Shown here one piece after another: positions 50,672-61,227 of a stretch of 64,000 nucleotides of DNA. Position 1 is the stretch's first letter, and each line of letters starts with the position of its first letter. The notes below the pieces were generated by a model. It was not told the DNA's origin and searched no databases. It saw only the letters and a list, made by a program, of their open reading frames with translations. A program made the translations under genes and the position numbers. Source of the DNA: Syntrophorhabdaceae bacterium. GTDB lineage: Bacteria; Desulfobacterota; Syntrophorhabdia; Syntrophorhabdales; Syntrophorhabdaceae. The DNA lies in the NCBI GenBank assembly GCA_963665295.1, contig OY762209.1, forward strand, positions 2,912,001 through 2,976,000. Direction: 5' to 3'.

Positions 50672-52801
50672 TCATGCTTCCTCTATGAGACATTCATAGT
50701 ACTTTCGCACATACTCTTTCACCATCCGTCTCGTGGAAAACTTCGGCGCGTTGCTTTTGATGGATTCCTTCATGACTTTCACCCACCCGTGGGGTATTCC
50801 GTCTTCAGCCACCTCGTAATAAAGTGGGATGATCTCGTTTTCGATGATCCCGTACAGGTCCTCTGCGTCGGCCTGATCTCTCGCGCCGTCGATCTCCTTC
50901 GACCCGAATGCCCAGCCGTTCTTCCCGTTATATCCCTCGATCCACCAGCCGTCAAGGATGCTCAAGTGGGGCACACCGTTCAGGGCTGCTTTCATGCCGC
51001 TTGTCCCGCTGGCTTCCATGGGAGGGACCGGGTTGTTGAGCCAGACATCCACTCCGTGCACCATATATTGGGCCAATTGTTCCCCGTAGTCCACGACAAA
51101 GGCGATCCTCCCGCCGAATTCCGGGTTTGTGGCTGCCTTGAACACCTTCTGTAATACCCGTTTTCCCGGGTCATCCGCGGGGTGGGCTTTTCCCGCAAAG
51201 ATGATCTGAATGGGCCTCCACCTGTCGTTGAGAAGGCGCTTCAGTCTCTCCAGGTCATAGAGGATGAGGTCAGCCCTTTTGTAGGTGGCAAACCTACGGG
51301 CAAAACCGATGGTGAGTATGGAGGGGTCAAGGAGGGTGCCTCCTGCCAGGGCCGTGGTCGGGTTCACATGTTCCTTTGCCCAGAGCTGCTGCGCCTGTTG
51401 CCTGATATCGTCGATGAGTTTCACCTTCAGCCAATAGTGAGTCCTCCAGAGCTCCTCATCGGGGATGTTGTCCACTCCCTGCCATATGGACGGGTTATCG
51501 TGCTCCTTGAGCCAGTCCGATCCCACATACTTATTGAAGATAAGCTCGATCTTGGGCTCTACCCACGTGGGCACGTGTATCCCGTTCGTGACACTGCCGA
51601 TGGGCGTTCTGTCTTCAGGGAGGTCAGGCCAGAGATCTCCCCACAGCCGCCGGGCAACCTCGCCATGCCTCTTGCTTACCCCATACCGGTATTCGCACAG
51701 CCTGAGAGCGAGAACGGTCATATTGAAACCTGTGTGGGGCGCCTTCGGGTCGATACCCATCTGGAGGAACGTGTCGTGATCCATGTTGAGGGAGTCCCAG
51801 TAATTGGAGAAATACTTTTCCATAAGAGGGAAGGGGTAGATGTCGTTGCCCGCGGGGACAGGGGTGTGGGTGGTGAAGATGGAGGTGGCCTTCACCCGGT
51901 CCCGCGCCTCCTGGGGAGTGAAGCCTCTCTGGATGTGGCTCCTTATCCTCTCAAGCAAGGCGAAGGCCGCATGGCCCTCGTTCAGATGGAGGATGGAGTG
52001 CCTGATGCCGAGGGTATTGAGCATTGCCGAGCCTCCGATACCGAGGACGATCTCCTGCCGTAACCGTTGTTCCATATCTCCGATGTAGAGATGCTGACTT
52101 ATCGTTCTGTTCCAGGGGTCGTTCGCGTCTATATCGGTGTCCATAAGGTAGAGGGTAGCTCGCCCTACATTGACTCTCCAGACCGAAACATAGATGGGAG
52201 GTTCGATGAAGGGGACCCGCACCACGATCTGTTTCATCCGGTCATCGGTGACCTTTGAGATCGAAGCAGCCTCCCTGTCCAGCACTTCGTTGGCGCTGTC
52301 CTGCCAACCGTCTTCGCGCATACGCTGTCGCACGTATCCCTCGGGATACATGAACCCCGCCCCCACCACGGGCACTCCGAGGTCGCTGCATTCCTTGACG
52401 AAATCACCGGCGAGAAAGCCGAGCCCGCCGGCATAGAAGGGGAGAGAGTGGTGGAGTCCGTATTCAGCCGAGAAATAAGCGATTACCGTCTTTTCAGCAT
52501 TCGGGACATTGCGAAAGAACCAGGTATCCCCCGTGGTGAGATCTTCTTGAAATCCGGCGAAGACCTCGTCGTAGTACTTGAGATAGGTCGGGTTTTGTGC
52601 GGCCCTCTCCAGGAACTCCCGGGGAAGGTCTCCAAGCATCTTGAACGGGTTGTGACCGCTCTCCTTCCACGACTCCCTGTTTAGCATCTTGAAAAGCATT
52701 CGTGCCGCGGGATGCCAACTCCACCAGAGGTTGTCGGCAATCTCCCCGAGACCTGATATCCGCGCCGGCAGACCGGGGAATGACCCTTGTTGCCCTTTCA
52801 T
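50672..52801 (-). CDS. glgP: Alpha-glucan (glycogen) phosphorylase
   Basis: YFSAEYG, GGLG, HLNEGH, FARRFATYKRA, EASGTSGMKA. Confidence 0.96.
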   Translation of the reverse strand: MKGQQGSFPGLPARISGLGEIADNLWWSWHPAARMLFKMLNRESWKESGHNPFKMLGDLPREFLERAAQNPTYLKYYDEVFAGFQEDLTTGDTWFFRNVPNAEKTVIAYFSAEYGLHHSLPFYAGGLGFLAGDFVKECSDLGVPVVGAGFMYPEGYVRQRMREDGWQDSANEVLDREAASISKVTDDRMKQIVVRVPFIEPPIYVSVWRVNVGRATLYLMDTDIDANDPWNRTISQHLYIGDMEQRLRQEIVLGIGGSAMLNTLGIRHSILHLNEGHAAFALLERIRSHIQRGFTPQEARDRVKATSIFTTHTPVPAGNDIYPFPLMEKYFSNYWDSLNMDHDTFLQMGIDPKAPHTGFNMTVLALRLCEYRYGVSKRHGEVARRLWGDLWPDLPEDRTPIGSVTNGIHVPTWVEPKIELIFNKYVGSDWLKEHDNPSIWQGVDNIPDEELWRTHYWLKVKLIDDIRQQAQQLWAKEHVNPTTALAGGTLLDPSILTIGFARRFATYKRADLILYDLERLKRLLNDRWRPIQIIFAGKAHPADDPGKRVLQKVFKAATNPEFGGRIAFVVDYGEQLAQYMVHGVDVWLNNPVPPMEASGTSGMKAALNGVPHLSILDGWWIEGYNGKNGWAFGSKEIDGARDQADAEDLYGIIENEIIPLYYEVAEDGIPHGWVKVMKESIKSNAPKFSTRRMVKEYVRKYYECLIEEA

Positions 52802-52960
52802 GAATACCTCCTTACCGTGAGCAGCTCCGCATCGAGTGAGGAGACATTACCACCGCGTTTTTGCGTCGGGAATGTCTCCGGGTGTGGCCCCTCCCCGGAG
52901 GAGGCACACCCGTTAACGCTAGACCGGCAAGGGACGGCGGACGTAAGGCCCGTGACCGTG

Positions 52961-53884
52961 CTATTTGCCGTTATAGATAGCGAGGGCCTCGGCCACGTCT
53001 GCGTCCTCGATGGTAACCGCATAGACCGCATTGCACATGCGGACCGCTTCCGCCAATGATTTTTGGTGGATGTTCCTTCCTGTGGCGTTTCCCGCGGCAC
53101 CGCTTATATGTATCTGGTCGTGGAGCTGCTGGAGGAATTTATCCACCGATTCGCTCCCTCCGCCCGCACAGACCACCTTGGTGCGTCCCGCGGCGAGGAT
53201 GGCCTCTTTAAAAACTTCACTCGACTGGGCGCCTTCCTTTTTGGGGTAGTTCACCTTCGCGAAGTCGGTGCCGATACATGCGGCGGTCCCTGCCGCGCCC
53301 GCTATCAGGTGAGGGTCCTTCTCGTTTTTTACGGCCTTGCCGCGGGGATACATCCAGAGTACCGTCACGAGACCGTTAAGATGAGCGTTATACACAAGCT
53401 GTGCAGCCTGAAGGAGAAGGTCGGTTTCGTACTCGCTTCCCAGGTATACGGTAAAACCTACGCCGAGAATATTGAGACCGCTGTTTTCCTTAAAATCCAT
53501 TATTTGCTCCATGTCGAACCATTGGAGGCTTACCGGGTCGTCCTGGGCTGTGGGTACAAGGTCTGTCTTTGAATTTACCTTGATAAGGTAGGGCACATTG
53601 GGGTAATCCATGCCGTACCGCGCTATGAGCCCCAACTGAGAGGCGAATACCCCGATCTTCGACTGGTCTGCAATCTTGAAAAGGTGCTCGGGACTATTAT
53701 CGTCGGGATGGATTCCTTCGCCGTAAAAGTCATTGTTCAAATGCTCGAGCTTCTGATCCCCTGCGAAAAGCATCAGTCTCCCGCTTGACCTTGTGATCGC
53801 CATGTAGTTGTCGATATACGTCTCGCGCATTACCCTCGGCACATCCAGCGGAACGACCACATCATCTCTGGTAATAGTCGGCAT
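52961..53884 (-). CDS. Class I (DhnA-type) fructose-bisphosphate aldolase
   Basis: LFAGDQK.EH, LWMYPRG, DFAKV, AGG, ATGRNIHQ. Confidence 0.88.
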   Translation of the reverse strand: MPTITRDDVVVPLDVPRVMRETYIDNYMAITRSSGRLMLFAGDQKLEHLNNDFYGEGIHPDDNSPEHLFKIADQSKIGVFASQLGLIARYGMDYPNVPYLIKVNSKTDLVPTAQDDPVSLQWFDMEQIMDFKENSGLNILGVGFTVYLGSEYETDLLLQAAQLVYNAHLNGLVTVLWMYPRGKAVKNEKDPHLIAGAAGTAACIGTDFAKVNYPKKEGAQSSEVFKEAILAAGRTKVVCAGGGSESVDKFLQQLHDQIHISGAAGNATGRNIHQKSLAEAVRMCNAVYAVTIEDADVAEALAIYNGK

Positions 53885-54007
53885 AGCGTTTTCCTCCCTT
53901 TCCGGTTTTTAGATACCAAATTCTACGGCATGGGGAGCACATATGCAAGAACTCTGTGTACGATCCTTTGTGTTTCCCCGGGAATTGCCCGTAGGCGAGG
54001 AATCCTG

Positions 54008-54925
54008 TCACTGCCGTACGATCCTCTGCAAATAGCGGTGGGCCTGAAGGGCGGCTTTGGCCCCCTCGCCCGCGGCAATGACGATCTGTTTTTCCGGAAC
54101 GTTTGTCACGTCTCCCGCCGCGTAAAGCCCGGGAACCACTGTTTCGTTGGCGCAGTTGACTTCGACCTCACCCAGTCCGTTAAGGGGGATCAGCCCCTTT
54201 GTGATCTCTGAGTTGGGAGAAAGCCCTATCTCCACGAAGACGCCCTCCACAGCGAGGTTCGTCTCCTCGCCTGATCTCAAGTCCCTGAGAGTGACGCCGG
54301 TCACCAGTTCTTCGCCGGTCACGGCGAGGACCTCGTGCTCCGTGAGAATAACGGCCCTGGATGATCTCCGCACTTTGTCGATGAGGACATGGTCAGCAGT
54401 GAGCGGGGTGAGGGATACAAGGTAAATCCGTCTCGCCACGTTAAGCAGGTCGAGGGCTGCCTCCAACGCGGAATTACCGCCCCCGATCACGGCAACGTTC
54501 ATTCCATCGAAGAGCGGTCCATCGCAGGTCGCACAGTAGCTCACGCCACGGCCTATCAGTTTCTTTTCGCCGGGCACATTGAGGGAGCGCGGGCTTTTGC
54601 CCGTCGATATTATCACCGCCAGGCCCTGAAACGTCTCTCCGTTCCCGGTCCGTACCTCGAATCCTCCGTTCATGGGGACGATGCTTTCCGCATTGTCGCC
54701 CACAATGGTGTTGATGGGGAACTGCCGGACCTGCTCCTCGAATCTTTTCATCAACTCGGGCCCCTCGATAAACTGGTAGCCCATGTAGTTTTCCACGCCG
54801 AGGGTCCAGTTCAACTGGCCCCCTATATCCTTGCTCACGAGGAGTGTGTTGAGCTTCTTCCTTGCACAGTATACAGCCGCAGTGAGCCCTGAGGGGCCCG
54901 CCCCGACTATGATGATATCGTACAT
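54008..54925 (-). CDS. Thioredoxin reductase (TrxB/AhpF-like)
   Basis: GAGPSG, CATCDG, GGGNSA, AAGD. Confidence 0.92.
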   Translation of the reverse strand: MYDIIIVGAGPSGLTAAVYCARKKLNTLLVSKDIGGQLNWTLGVENYMGYQFIEGPELMKRFEEQVRQFPINTIVGDNAESIVPMNGGFEVRTGNGETFQGLAVIISTGKSPRSLNVPGEKKLIGRGVSYCATCDGPLFDGMNVAVIGGGNSALEAALDLLNVARRIYLVSLTPLTADHVLIDKVRRSSRAVILTEHEVLAVTGEELVTGVTLRDLRSGEETNLAVEGVFVEIGLSPNSEITKGLIPLNGLGEVEVNCANETVVPGLYAAGDVTNVPEKQIVIAAGEGAKAALQAHRYLQRIVRQ

Positions 54926-55168
54926 GAACCCTCCGCGATCCTTTTGCCGGTTTCCATAGTTGTGCTTTGTCCTTCGGCCCGGAATTCAGGTTACCGATGC
55001 GCAACCTGAATTTAATTATTATCATCCAGGTTATTCCTGTCAATTGCAGGTCCGCCATACTCAAATTTCCAGTAGAAGGTATGTTTATTATAGGGTATTA
55101 TAGGCGAAGAGGGGCTACATGCCAGGCGGCGGGCCGCTCACAAAAACTGCTGAGGAAAAGGGGGAAAC

Positions 55169-56044
55169 ATGAATCCGGCAATATGGAAAAAGATCAGGAC
55201 AACGACTCTTGTATTGGTGACATGTGCATTTATCCTGGGCGCGGGCAGCGCCGGCATGGCGGGAACGGGGGCCGAACTCGCCGACCGGTTCATGAAGAAA
55301 GCGCCTGTTACGCGGTTCGACCCCATGACATTGGGCGAGGCGGCGAAGGCGCAGGAAGAGCTTATTACCATCATCGGCAAGGACTATGGTGAACCCGTCG
55401 GCTACAAGGCGGGACTCACGAATCCGAACGTGCAGAAGGCCTTCGGCGTGTCCGAGCCCGTGCGCGGCACCCTCCTTAAGAAGATGCTCCTTCCGAACGG
55501 CGCGGTGGTGCCGGCGAATTTCGGGGCTGTCCCCGTGAGCGAAGGCGACCTGATCGTTCGGGTGGGAGACGAGGCGATCAACCAGGCGAAAACCCCGGCG
55601 GAGACCTTGAAATCCCTTGACGCCGTGATCCCGTTTATAGAACTTCCCGACATGGTCTTCGACAAAGGCGTGAAACCGACCGGAGCGGCCATCCTGGCTA
55701 TCAACGTGGGGGCGCGGCTCGGTGTCATGGGCGAGCCTATACCGCTCACAGCGACACCGGAATGGCAGGACCGGCTGAAGAACTTCACTCTTCAAATCCT
55801 CGATGAAAAGGGTGTCGTTGTGACGGAGGGGAAGGGCAGCGCCCTTCTGGGTGACCCCCTGAACGCGACACTGTGGATCAAGAATTCCCTTGCCGCCGAG
55901 GGAAAGAAGCTCAAGAAGGGCGACCTGCTCTCTCTGGGGTCGGTTACGAGGCCCCTTCCCGCAAAGGCGGGCTCAGTTGTCCGTGCCAGATACATCGGCC
56001 TTGATCCGAAGGGGCCGGTCGAGATATCGGTAAGCTTCAAGTAA
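55169..56044 (+). CDS. FAH-superfamily 2-keto-4-pentenoate hydratase-like protein with signal peptide
   Basis: GYKAGLT, EPVRG, IELPD, LGDP, LKKGD..SLGS; N-terminal Sec-type signal. Confidence 0.8.
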   Translation: MNPAIWKKIRTTTLVLVTCAFILGAGSAGMAGTGAELADRFMKKAPVTRFDPMTLGEAAKAQEELITIIGKDYGEPVGYKAGLTNPNVQKAFGVSEPVRGTLLKKMLLPNGAVVPANFGAVPVSEGDLIVRVGDEAINQAKTPAETLKSLDAVIPFIELPDMVFDKGVKPTGAAILAINVGARLGVMGEPIPLTATPEWQDRLKNFTLQILDEKGVVVTEGKGSALLGDPLNATLWIKNSLAAEGKKLKKGDLLSLGSVTRPLPAKAGSVVRARYIGLDPKGPVEISVSFK

Positions 56045-56057
56045 AAACATGATGGCC

Positions 56058-56101
56058 CTTCAGAAGGCGCGGCAGCCGGGCGCCTTCTGAAGCCTCTCTT
56101 T
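56058..56101 (+). terminator. Putative intrinsic terminator
   Basis: 13-bp perfect stem CTTCAGAAGGCGC/GCGCCTTCTGAAG followed by a pyrimidine tract. Confidence 0.65.
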
Positions 56102-56197
56102 CTGCATCCCCTCTTTGCTTCCCGGGATCAAGAATTATTGCGCCCCGTCCTTCCGCCGACATCTACCCAAAAAATAGTGAAAAGTGCAAAGTGCCAC

Positions 56198-56226
56198 TTG
56201 ACACAATATGGTTTATGAGCTATAGT
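56198..56226 (+). promoter_or_regulatory. Sigma70 promoter of the DUF2141-MerR operon
   Basis: TTGACA-N17-TATAGT. Confidence 0.7.
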
Positions 56227-56292
56227 CTTTTATGCAGTGAATCACCCCGCAAAAACCGGTGAAGCCGGCTACGGGAGAAAGAGGAGGATTAT

Positions 56293-56748
56293 ATGAAGAA
56301 GAAGGGGATGGTGTGGCTTGCGTTGTTCCTTGTTTTTCTTGCGGGAAACGCAATCGCTCTCGATGCTTCCGAAGGGAAGGCGGAGACGGGAGTTCTGAAG
56401 GTGGCAATCAGCGGATTCAGAAATGACAAGGGAGACGCAAAAATTGCCGTCTTCAACGCAAAAGAAGACTTTGGCGGGAACGGAAAGGCGTTCAAGACCG
56501 CTGCCCTGCCCATAAGAAACGGGAAGGCGGAGTGGGTACTCGGCGACCTTTCTTTCGGAGTCTACGCGATCAAGGTTTTTCACGACGAGAACGGCAACGG
56601 AAAACTTGACAAGAACACGTTTGGACAGCCGAAGGAAGAGTATGGATTTTCAAATAACGCGCGGGGCGCCTTCGGGCCTCCGGACTACGAGGAAGCGAAG
56701 TTCGTTTTCAATAAACCCGCCACCGCCATCGCAATAACCGTCGAGTGA
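56293..56748 (+). CDS. DUF2141-family exported protein
   Basis: YAIKVFHDENGNGKLD...PKEEYGFSNN...GPP. Confidence 0.9.
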   Translation: MKKKGMVWLALFLVFLAGNAIALDASEGKAETGVLKVAISGFRNDKGDAKIAVFNAKEDFGGNGKAFKTAALPIRNGKAEWVLGDLSFGVYAIKVFHDENGNGKLDKNTFGQPKEEYGFSNNARGAFGPPDYEEAKFVFNKPATAIAITVE

Positions 56749-56794
56749 GGAGGAGCGGCATGGCAGGATCTAAAGCGAGAGAAGGGGAAACACA

Positions 56795-57520
56795 ATGACC
56801 CGGGGAAAGGGAGACAGAGAAGAAAGGCCGGGAACACGGGCGCTCGGGCTTCGCATGAAGGAGCTGACCGCGGCCACCGGGCTCGCCAAGTCCGCCATCC
56901 TTCATTACGTGGCGCTGGGGTTGCTCCCGGAACCGGAAAAGACAAGCAAAAATATGGCATATTACCAGCCCGGGTGCGTCGAACGGGTAAAGTTTATCAA
57001 GTCTCTACAGGAAAGATACGCTCTTCCCCTCTCCAAGATAAAGCAACTCCTTACCTTGAGGGACGAGGGCAAAGATGTCACTCCTTTTATCGAACTCAAT
57101 GAAGCCATATTCGGCGGACACGAGGAACCTACCCTGGACCACGGCGCGTTTCGCGAGGCCACCGGTCTCGGCTCCCCCGAGATAAAAGAGTTACGGGAGG
57201 CGGGGCTCTTGCTTCCCCTTGACGACGGGCACTTCAATGCCTCGGACGTGGCTGTGGGCAGGGTCTATGCCAGGGCCTTTGCCCTCGGGCTAAGGGCGTC
57301 CGACCTTGCGTTCTACGCCGAGTCGGCGAAGAGGATTGTGGATGAGGAAATGGCGCTCAGGAACAAACTTACCGGGCGTTTGCCGGAGGACCAGGACGCA
57401 AGGATGACCACCCAATTGGTGCAGGGGGCGAGGGCTGTGAGAAACTACGTTGTCGACCGTACTTTCCTTCAACGGGTCGTCTCGCTGAAGGGTTTCAAGG
57501 AGGAGGGCCCCAAATCATGA
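56795..57520 (+). CDS. MerR-family transcriptional regulator (tandem HTH type)
   Basis: LRMKEL..ATG...SAILHYVALGLLP...NMAYY; second HTH-like unit (GLLLP). Confidence 0.88.
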   Translation: MTRGKGDREERPGTRALGLRMKELTAATGLAKSAILHYVALGLLPEPEKTSKNMAYYQPGCVERVKFIKSLQERYALPLSKIKQLLTLRDEGKDVTPFIELNEAIFGGHEEPTLDHGAFREATGLGSPEIKELREAGLLLPLDDGHFNASDVAVGRVYARAFALGLRASDLAFYAESAKRIVDEEMALRNKLTGRLPEDQDARMTTQLVQGARAVRNYVVDRTFLQRVVSLKGFKEEGPKS

Positions 57521-59361
57521 AACGCGCGCTGGGGGCGGCAGCCCCGATCATCCTTACGGTATACATAACCATAGGAAACATGGTGGTCTTTCGTCCCGCA
57601 ATCATGCGGCCTCTTACCCTTCTCGCCTTTGTTCTTATGGCCCTTGTCCTCTATGTCCGGATGAAAACCGAAGGCCTGTCGGACATAGAGAAGGGTTTCC
57701 TTCTTTACATGGCCCTGTGCGCCATCGCCTTCTGGGGTCTCCCGGGAAGCGTGACGGAGATTATCGCCGACTTTCCCACGGGGGTCCTCTATGCTACCCT
57801 CCTCGCGGTCACGGGCCTTCCCGCACTACTGGGAAGACATTATTTCACCGAGCACTATGCGAAAAAGAGGACACCCGACGCGGTTCGCGAGACGGACATC
57901 TATAAGACGATAAACAGGAATATGACGTGGTTCTGGGTTGCCATATTCGCCCTGTGTACTTTTGCGACCGTCATACCCTGCCTTTTTGCCCTCCCGGGAT
58001 CGCTCTTCATGGGGCTTTTCTTTCAGGTCGGCCTTCCCGGTATCCTGCTCCTCGGAATAGGGCATCCCCTCAACAAGAAATATCCCCTGTATTTTCAGCA
58101 TAGGATGGGTATCGACCCGGCCCCCTCCGCGGAGCCGGGGCAGGCCCGGGCGGCCGGTCTGGATATTCCGGCGGTCACGGCGAAGACAAAGGAGGAAGAT
58201 ATGGATAACCGGCCCGTAATAGTGGCGCTTAACGGCTCACCTCACGAGACCATAGGTAACACGAGCCAGATGATCGGGATGATTGCATCCGCCCTTGCAG
58301 GGGAAGGCTTCCGGCTGGAAGAGATCAGTCTTGCAGGTAAGGGTATCGGGTACTGCATAGGCTGCGCCGTGTGTCTGGAAAAGGGCAGGTGCTGGCAGAG
58401 CGATGGACACCGGGAGATTGTGGACAAAATGCTGGCTGCCGACGGCATAATACTTGCGTCGCCGGTATATTTCGGCCAGGTGACGGCGCAGATGAAGACC
58501 TTCATTGATCGCTCCCTCGGCCTTGGACATAAGCCCCGCACTGCCCGGAAGCCGGGGCTCGCGGTGAGCGTGTCCGCCGGAAAGGGTGAAACCGACACGG
58601 CCCGTTATCTCGGCCGTTGGCTCCACATCTACGGGGCCTTTCCCGTGGGGTCCCTTACCGCCATAGCAACGAACCCGGGGGGTTTTCTCGGCAAAGAATT
58701 GGTGGAAGAGAGGGCGGGAGATGTCGCCCGCGACCTGGCTCGGGCCATAAGGGAGAAGAGGCAATACCCGGCTACCGACGAAGACCTCTCCTTCTATCTC
58801 TTCATGAGGGACCTTGTGAGCCGCGAAAAGGATTTTATGACCGATGATTACCGCCACTGGCAGGAAACAGGTCTTCTCGAAGGTTTTTTGTCTTATGTCC
58901 AACAACGCTTTTCCGACAGTTCCTTCGATCCTGAGGTGAGGAAAGAATGGCTGAAGGAACTCATGAAGGAGGCGAAGGCGGGACAACACGCCACGGAGGC
59001 CCCCCGGGTCACTCCACCCGCACAGCCGGGTCCGCCGTCGGTCCGGAGTTGTCACGAGCTTCTCGAGATCATGCCCCTCGGTTTCAGGAGCGATGCCGCA
59101 GGAGACCTGTCGGCCACATATCAGTTCGAGATCGGGGGACCGGAGGAATTTATCGCCCGTTTGAGCATATCCGGCGGACAATGCGTGTTCCAGGACGGGC
59201 CTCACCCGCACCCCGATGTGGTTATAAGAGCCCCGGCGGACGTGTGGCTCGCCATATCGAGGGGAGAACTGGACGGCCAGGCCGCGTTCATGGCAGGCAA
59301 GTACAAGGTGGAAGGCAATATGGCCCTCATCTCCAAACTCAAAACCATGTTCGGGGGATAG
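57517..59361 (+). CDS. Fusion: membrane domain + Fe-S flavoprotein/FMN reductase + SCP2 lipid-binding domain
   Basis: About six TM helices; NGSP..GNT, CIGCAVC....C, ASPVY; C-terminal ATYQF...PDVVI...AFMAGKYKVEGNM. Confidence 0.85.
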   Translation: MKRALGAAAPIILTVYITIGNMVVFRPAIMRPLTLLAFVLMALVLYVRMKTEGLSDIEKGFLLYMALCAIAFWGLPGSVTEIIADFPTGVLYATLLAVTGLPALLGRHYFTEHYAKKRTPDAVRETDIYKTINRNMTWFWVAIFALCTFATVIPCLFALPGSLFMGLFFQVGLPGILLLGIGHPLNKKYPLYFQHRMGIDPAPSAEPGQARAAGLDIPAVTAKTKEEDMDNRPVIVALNGSPHETIGNTSQMIGMIASALAGEGFRLEEISLAGKGIGYCIGCAVCLEKGRCWQSDGHREIVDKMLAADGIILASPVYFGQVTAQMKTFIDRSLGLGHKPRTARKPGLAVSVSAGKGETDTARYLGRWLHIYGAFPVGSLTAIATNPGGFLGKELVEERAGDVARDLARAIREKRQYPATDEDLSFYLFMRDLVSREKDFMTDDYRHWQETGLLEGFLSYVQQRFSDSSFDPEVRKEWLKELMKEAKAGQHATEAPRVTPPAQPGPPSVRSCHELLEIMPLGFRSDAAGDLSATYQFEIGGPEEFIARLSISGGQCVFQDGPHPHPDVVIRAPADVWLAISRGELDGQAAFMAGKYKVEGNMALISKLKTMFGG

Positions 59362-59528
59362 CGGGCCGGCAAAGAGGTTGCCTCTCCGGAGTCGCGGCAG
59401 CGCCCCACAGATGGTATCGACCTTGACATGAGCCGCACCATACCCTTATCCTATAGCGCGTCTGACGGGTAGTCGCCGGTGATTCTTTCACCGGCGTGGG
59501 CCGGATAGACCGCGAAGGGAGAGGAAGG

Positions 59529-60479
59529 GTGACGGAAAGAGAGATACTGGAAGCGAGACACGAACTCAATATGGCCATAAGGGAGTTTTTTTACAGGAGG
59601 GACTATCTTGAGGTGGAAACCCCTGCCCTTATGAAGATATCGCCGCCAGACCCTCATATCGACCCGCTCAAGGTGCATGTGGGGGAGAAAGGGCCGTTTT
59701 ACCTCCACACGTCGCCCGAGATGCATATGAAAAAGCTTCTTCGATTCGGCAGGGACCGTATCTTCCAAATGTGCAAGGTCTTCAGGGTCGAGGAATTGGA
59801 GGAGATTCACAACACCGAGTTTACCATGCTCGAATGGTACAGGGAGGGCACCTACCTGGACGCCATGGGCGAGGTAGAGGATCTGACGGGTTTTGTCGCG
59901 GAGAGGCTCGAAGCGCCCCGGGCGAGCCGTTTCAAGACCCCTTATGCCGTGTATGAGCTTGACCGCCTCTTCCTTGAAAAGACGGGCATCGATCCCTTCA
60001 CGCTCGACAGGGACGGTCTTCATGCCGCTCTGGAGCGCAGAGACTTCAAGGGCATTGATGGAAGGGACGGGTGGAACGACCTTTTCTTCAAGCTCCTGAT
60101 TCAGGAGGTGGAGACCTCCGTAAAAGGAGAAGAACCCTTCTTTATGATAGACTGGCCCCGGTCCATATCTACCATGGCAAAAGGAAAGGGTCGGAACAAG
60201 GTGGAGAGGTTCGAGTTTTATATGGACGGGGTCGAGATCGCAAACGGATACACGGAACTTCTCGACCACGAGGAACAGAGAAAAAGGTTTTTGGACGATA
60301 ACGCTGAACGGCTAAGGTTGGGGAAAGAGACCTTCCCTGTGGATGAGTCCTTTCTTGAGGCTCTGTCGGGCCTTCGGGGTCCCTATACGGGAGTCGCCCT
60401 CGGGGTGGACAGGCTTCTCATGAAGATCCTCGACTTGAGCAGGATCGACGAGGTAACCATAGACAGACTCAGAGTCTGA
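59529..60479 (+). CDS. epmA: EF-P lysine aminoacylase
   Basis: EVETP, YLHTSPEMHMKKLL, HNTEFTMLEWYR, ERFE, EIANGYTEL, GVALGVDRL; no anticodon-binding domain. Confidence 0.92.
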   Translation: MTEREILEARHELNMAIREFFYRRDYLEVETPALMKISPPDPHIDPLKVHVGEKGPFYLHTSPEMHMKKLLRFGRDRIFQMCKVFRVEELEEIHNTEFTMLEWYREGTYLDAMGEVEDLTGFVAERLEAPRASRFKTPYAVYELDRLFLEKTGIDPFTLDRDGLHAALERRDFKGIDGRDGWNDLFFKLLIQEVETSVKGEEPFFMIDWPRSISTMAKGKGRNKVERFEFYMDGVEIANGYTELLDHEEQRKRFLDDNAERLRLGKETFPVDESFLEALSGLRGPYTGVALGVDRLLMKILDLSRIDEVTIDRLRV

Positions 60480-61224
60480 TCTTGTAGAAAAGAATCCCCA
60501 TGTATTCTCTCAAGGCATTCCCCGCATTGAGGATGCTCGCGGCGTTGGGCAGATAGTACATCGCGTCCCTTGGTGAAGTATCGACCTTGAACCCGGTAGG
60601 AAAAGGCGTTACCGGACCGAGCCATTTCCCGAAGAGCATGACCGACCTTTTCATATGGTAGGCGCTCGTGATGAGGAGCACCCGCTTGAAATGCTCCTTT
60701 TCGCAGATTTCCGCCGTGTAGCGGGCATTGTCGTAGGTGTCCCTGCTCCTTGTTTCCGCAATCAAGTACTTCTCTTTTACACCGAGCCCCAGAAGATAAT
60801 CCTTCATGATCTCCGCCTCGGGCCGGGAGCCGGGACGCGCCCCGCCTGAAAGGATTATCGGCTTGGGAGAAATGAGATACAGCCGGTATGCGGTTGTTAC
60901 CCTTGCCAATGCGTCCGAATCGGGCGAACCCCTCCCGTCGATGGTGGGGGCTGTTTCATTGACTCCGCCGCCCAGGACGACATACACGTCGCACGCCTTG
61001 ACCTCGCTGACGGAGGGAACCTTGTACGCGTTTTCAAGAGGCGCGAGGAGGGCTGTGGCAGTGGGATTGATGGACACCGCATAGATGAAGGCCGCGAGAA
61101 GGATGATCATGGGCTTCACCCTCTTTCTTGCAAAGAGGACTATGAGGATACAGCACAGGATGAGGATGCCGGGCGGCATAAGGGCACATGCGATGACTTT
61201 TTTGAGGGCGAAGGCAAAGGTCAT
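60469..61224 (-). CDS. YdcF/ElyC (DUF218) envelope protein
   Basis: VVLGGG, LSGG, E..SRDTYDNA, ITSAYHMKRS, REY. Confidence 0.92.
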   Translation of the reverse strand: MTFAFALKKVIACALMPPGILILCCILIVLFARKRVKPMIILLAAFIYAVSINPTATALLAPLENAYKVPSVSEVKACDVYVVLGGGVNETAPTIDGRGSPDSDALARVTTAYRLYLISPKPIILSGGARPGSRPEAEIMKDYLLGLGVKEKYLIAETRSRDTYDNARYTAEICEKEHFKRVLLITSAYHMKRSVMLFGKWLGPVTPFPTGFKVDTSPRDAMYYLPNAASILNAGNALREYMGILFYKIRL

Positions 61225-61227
61225 GGA

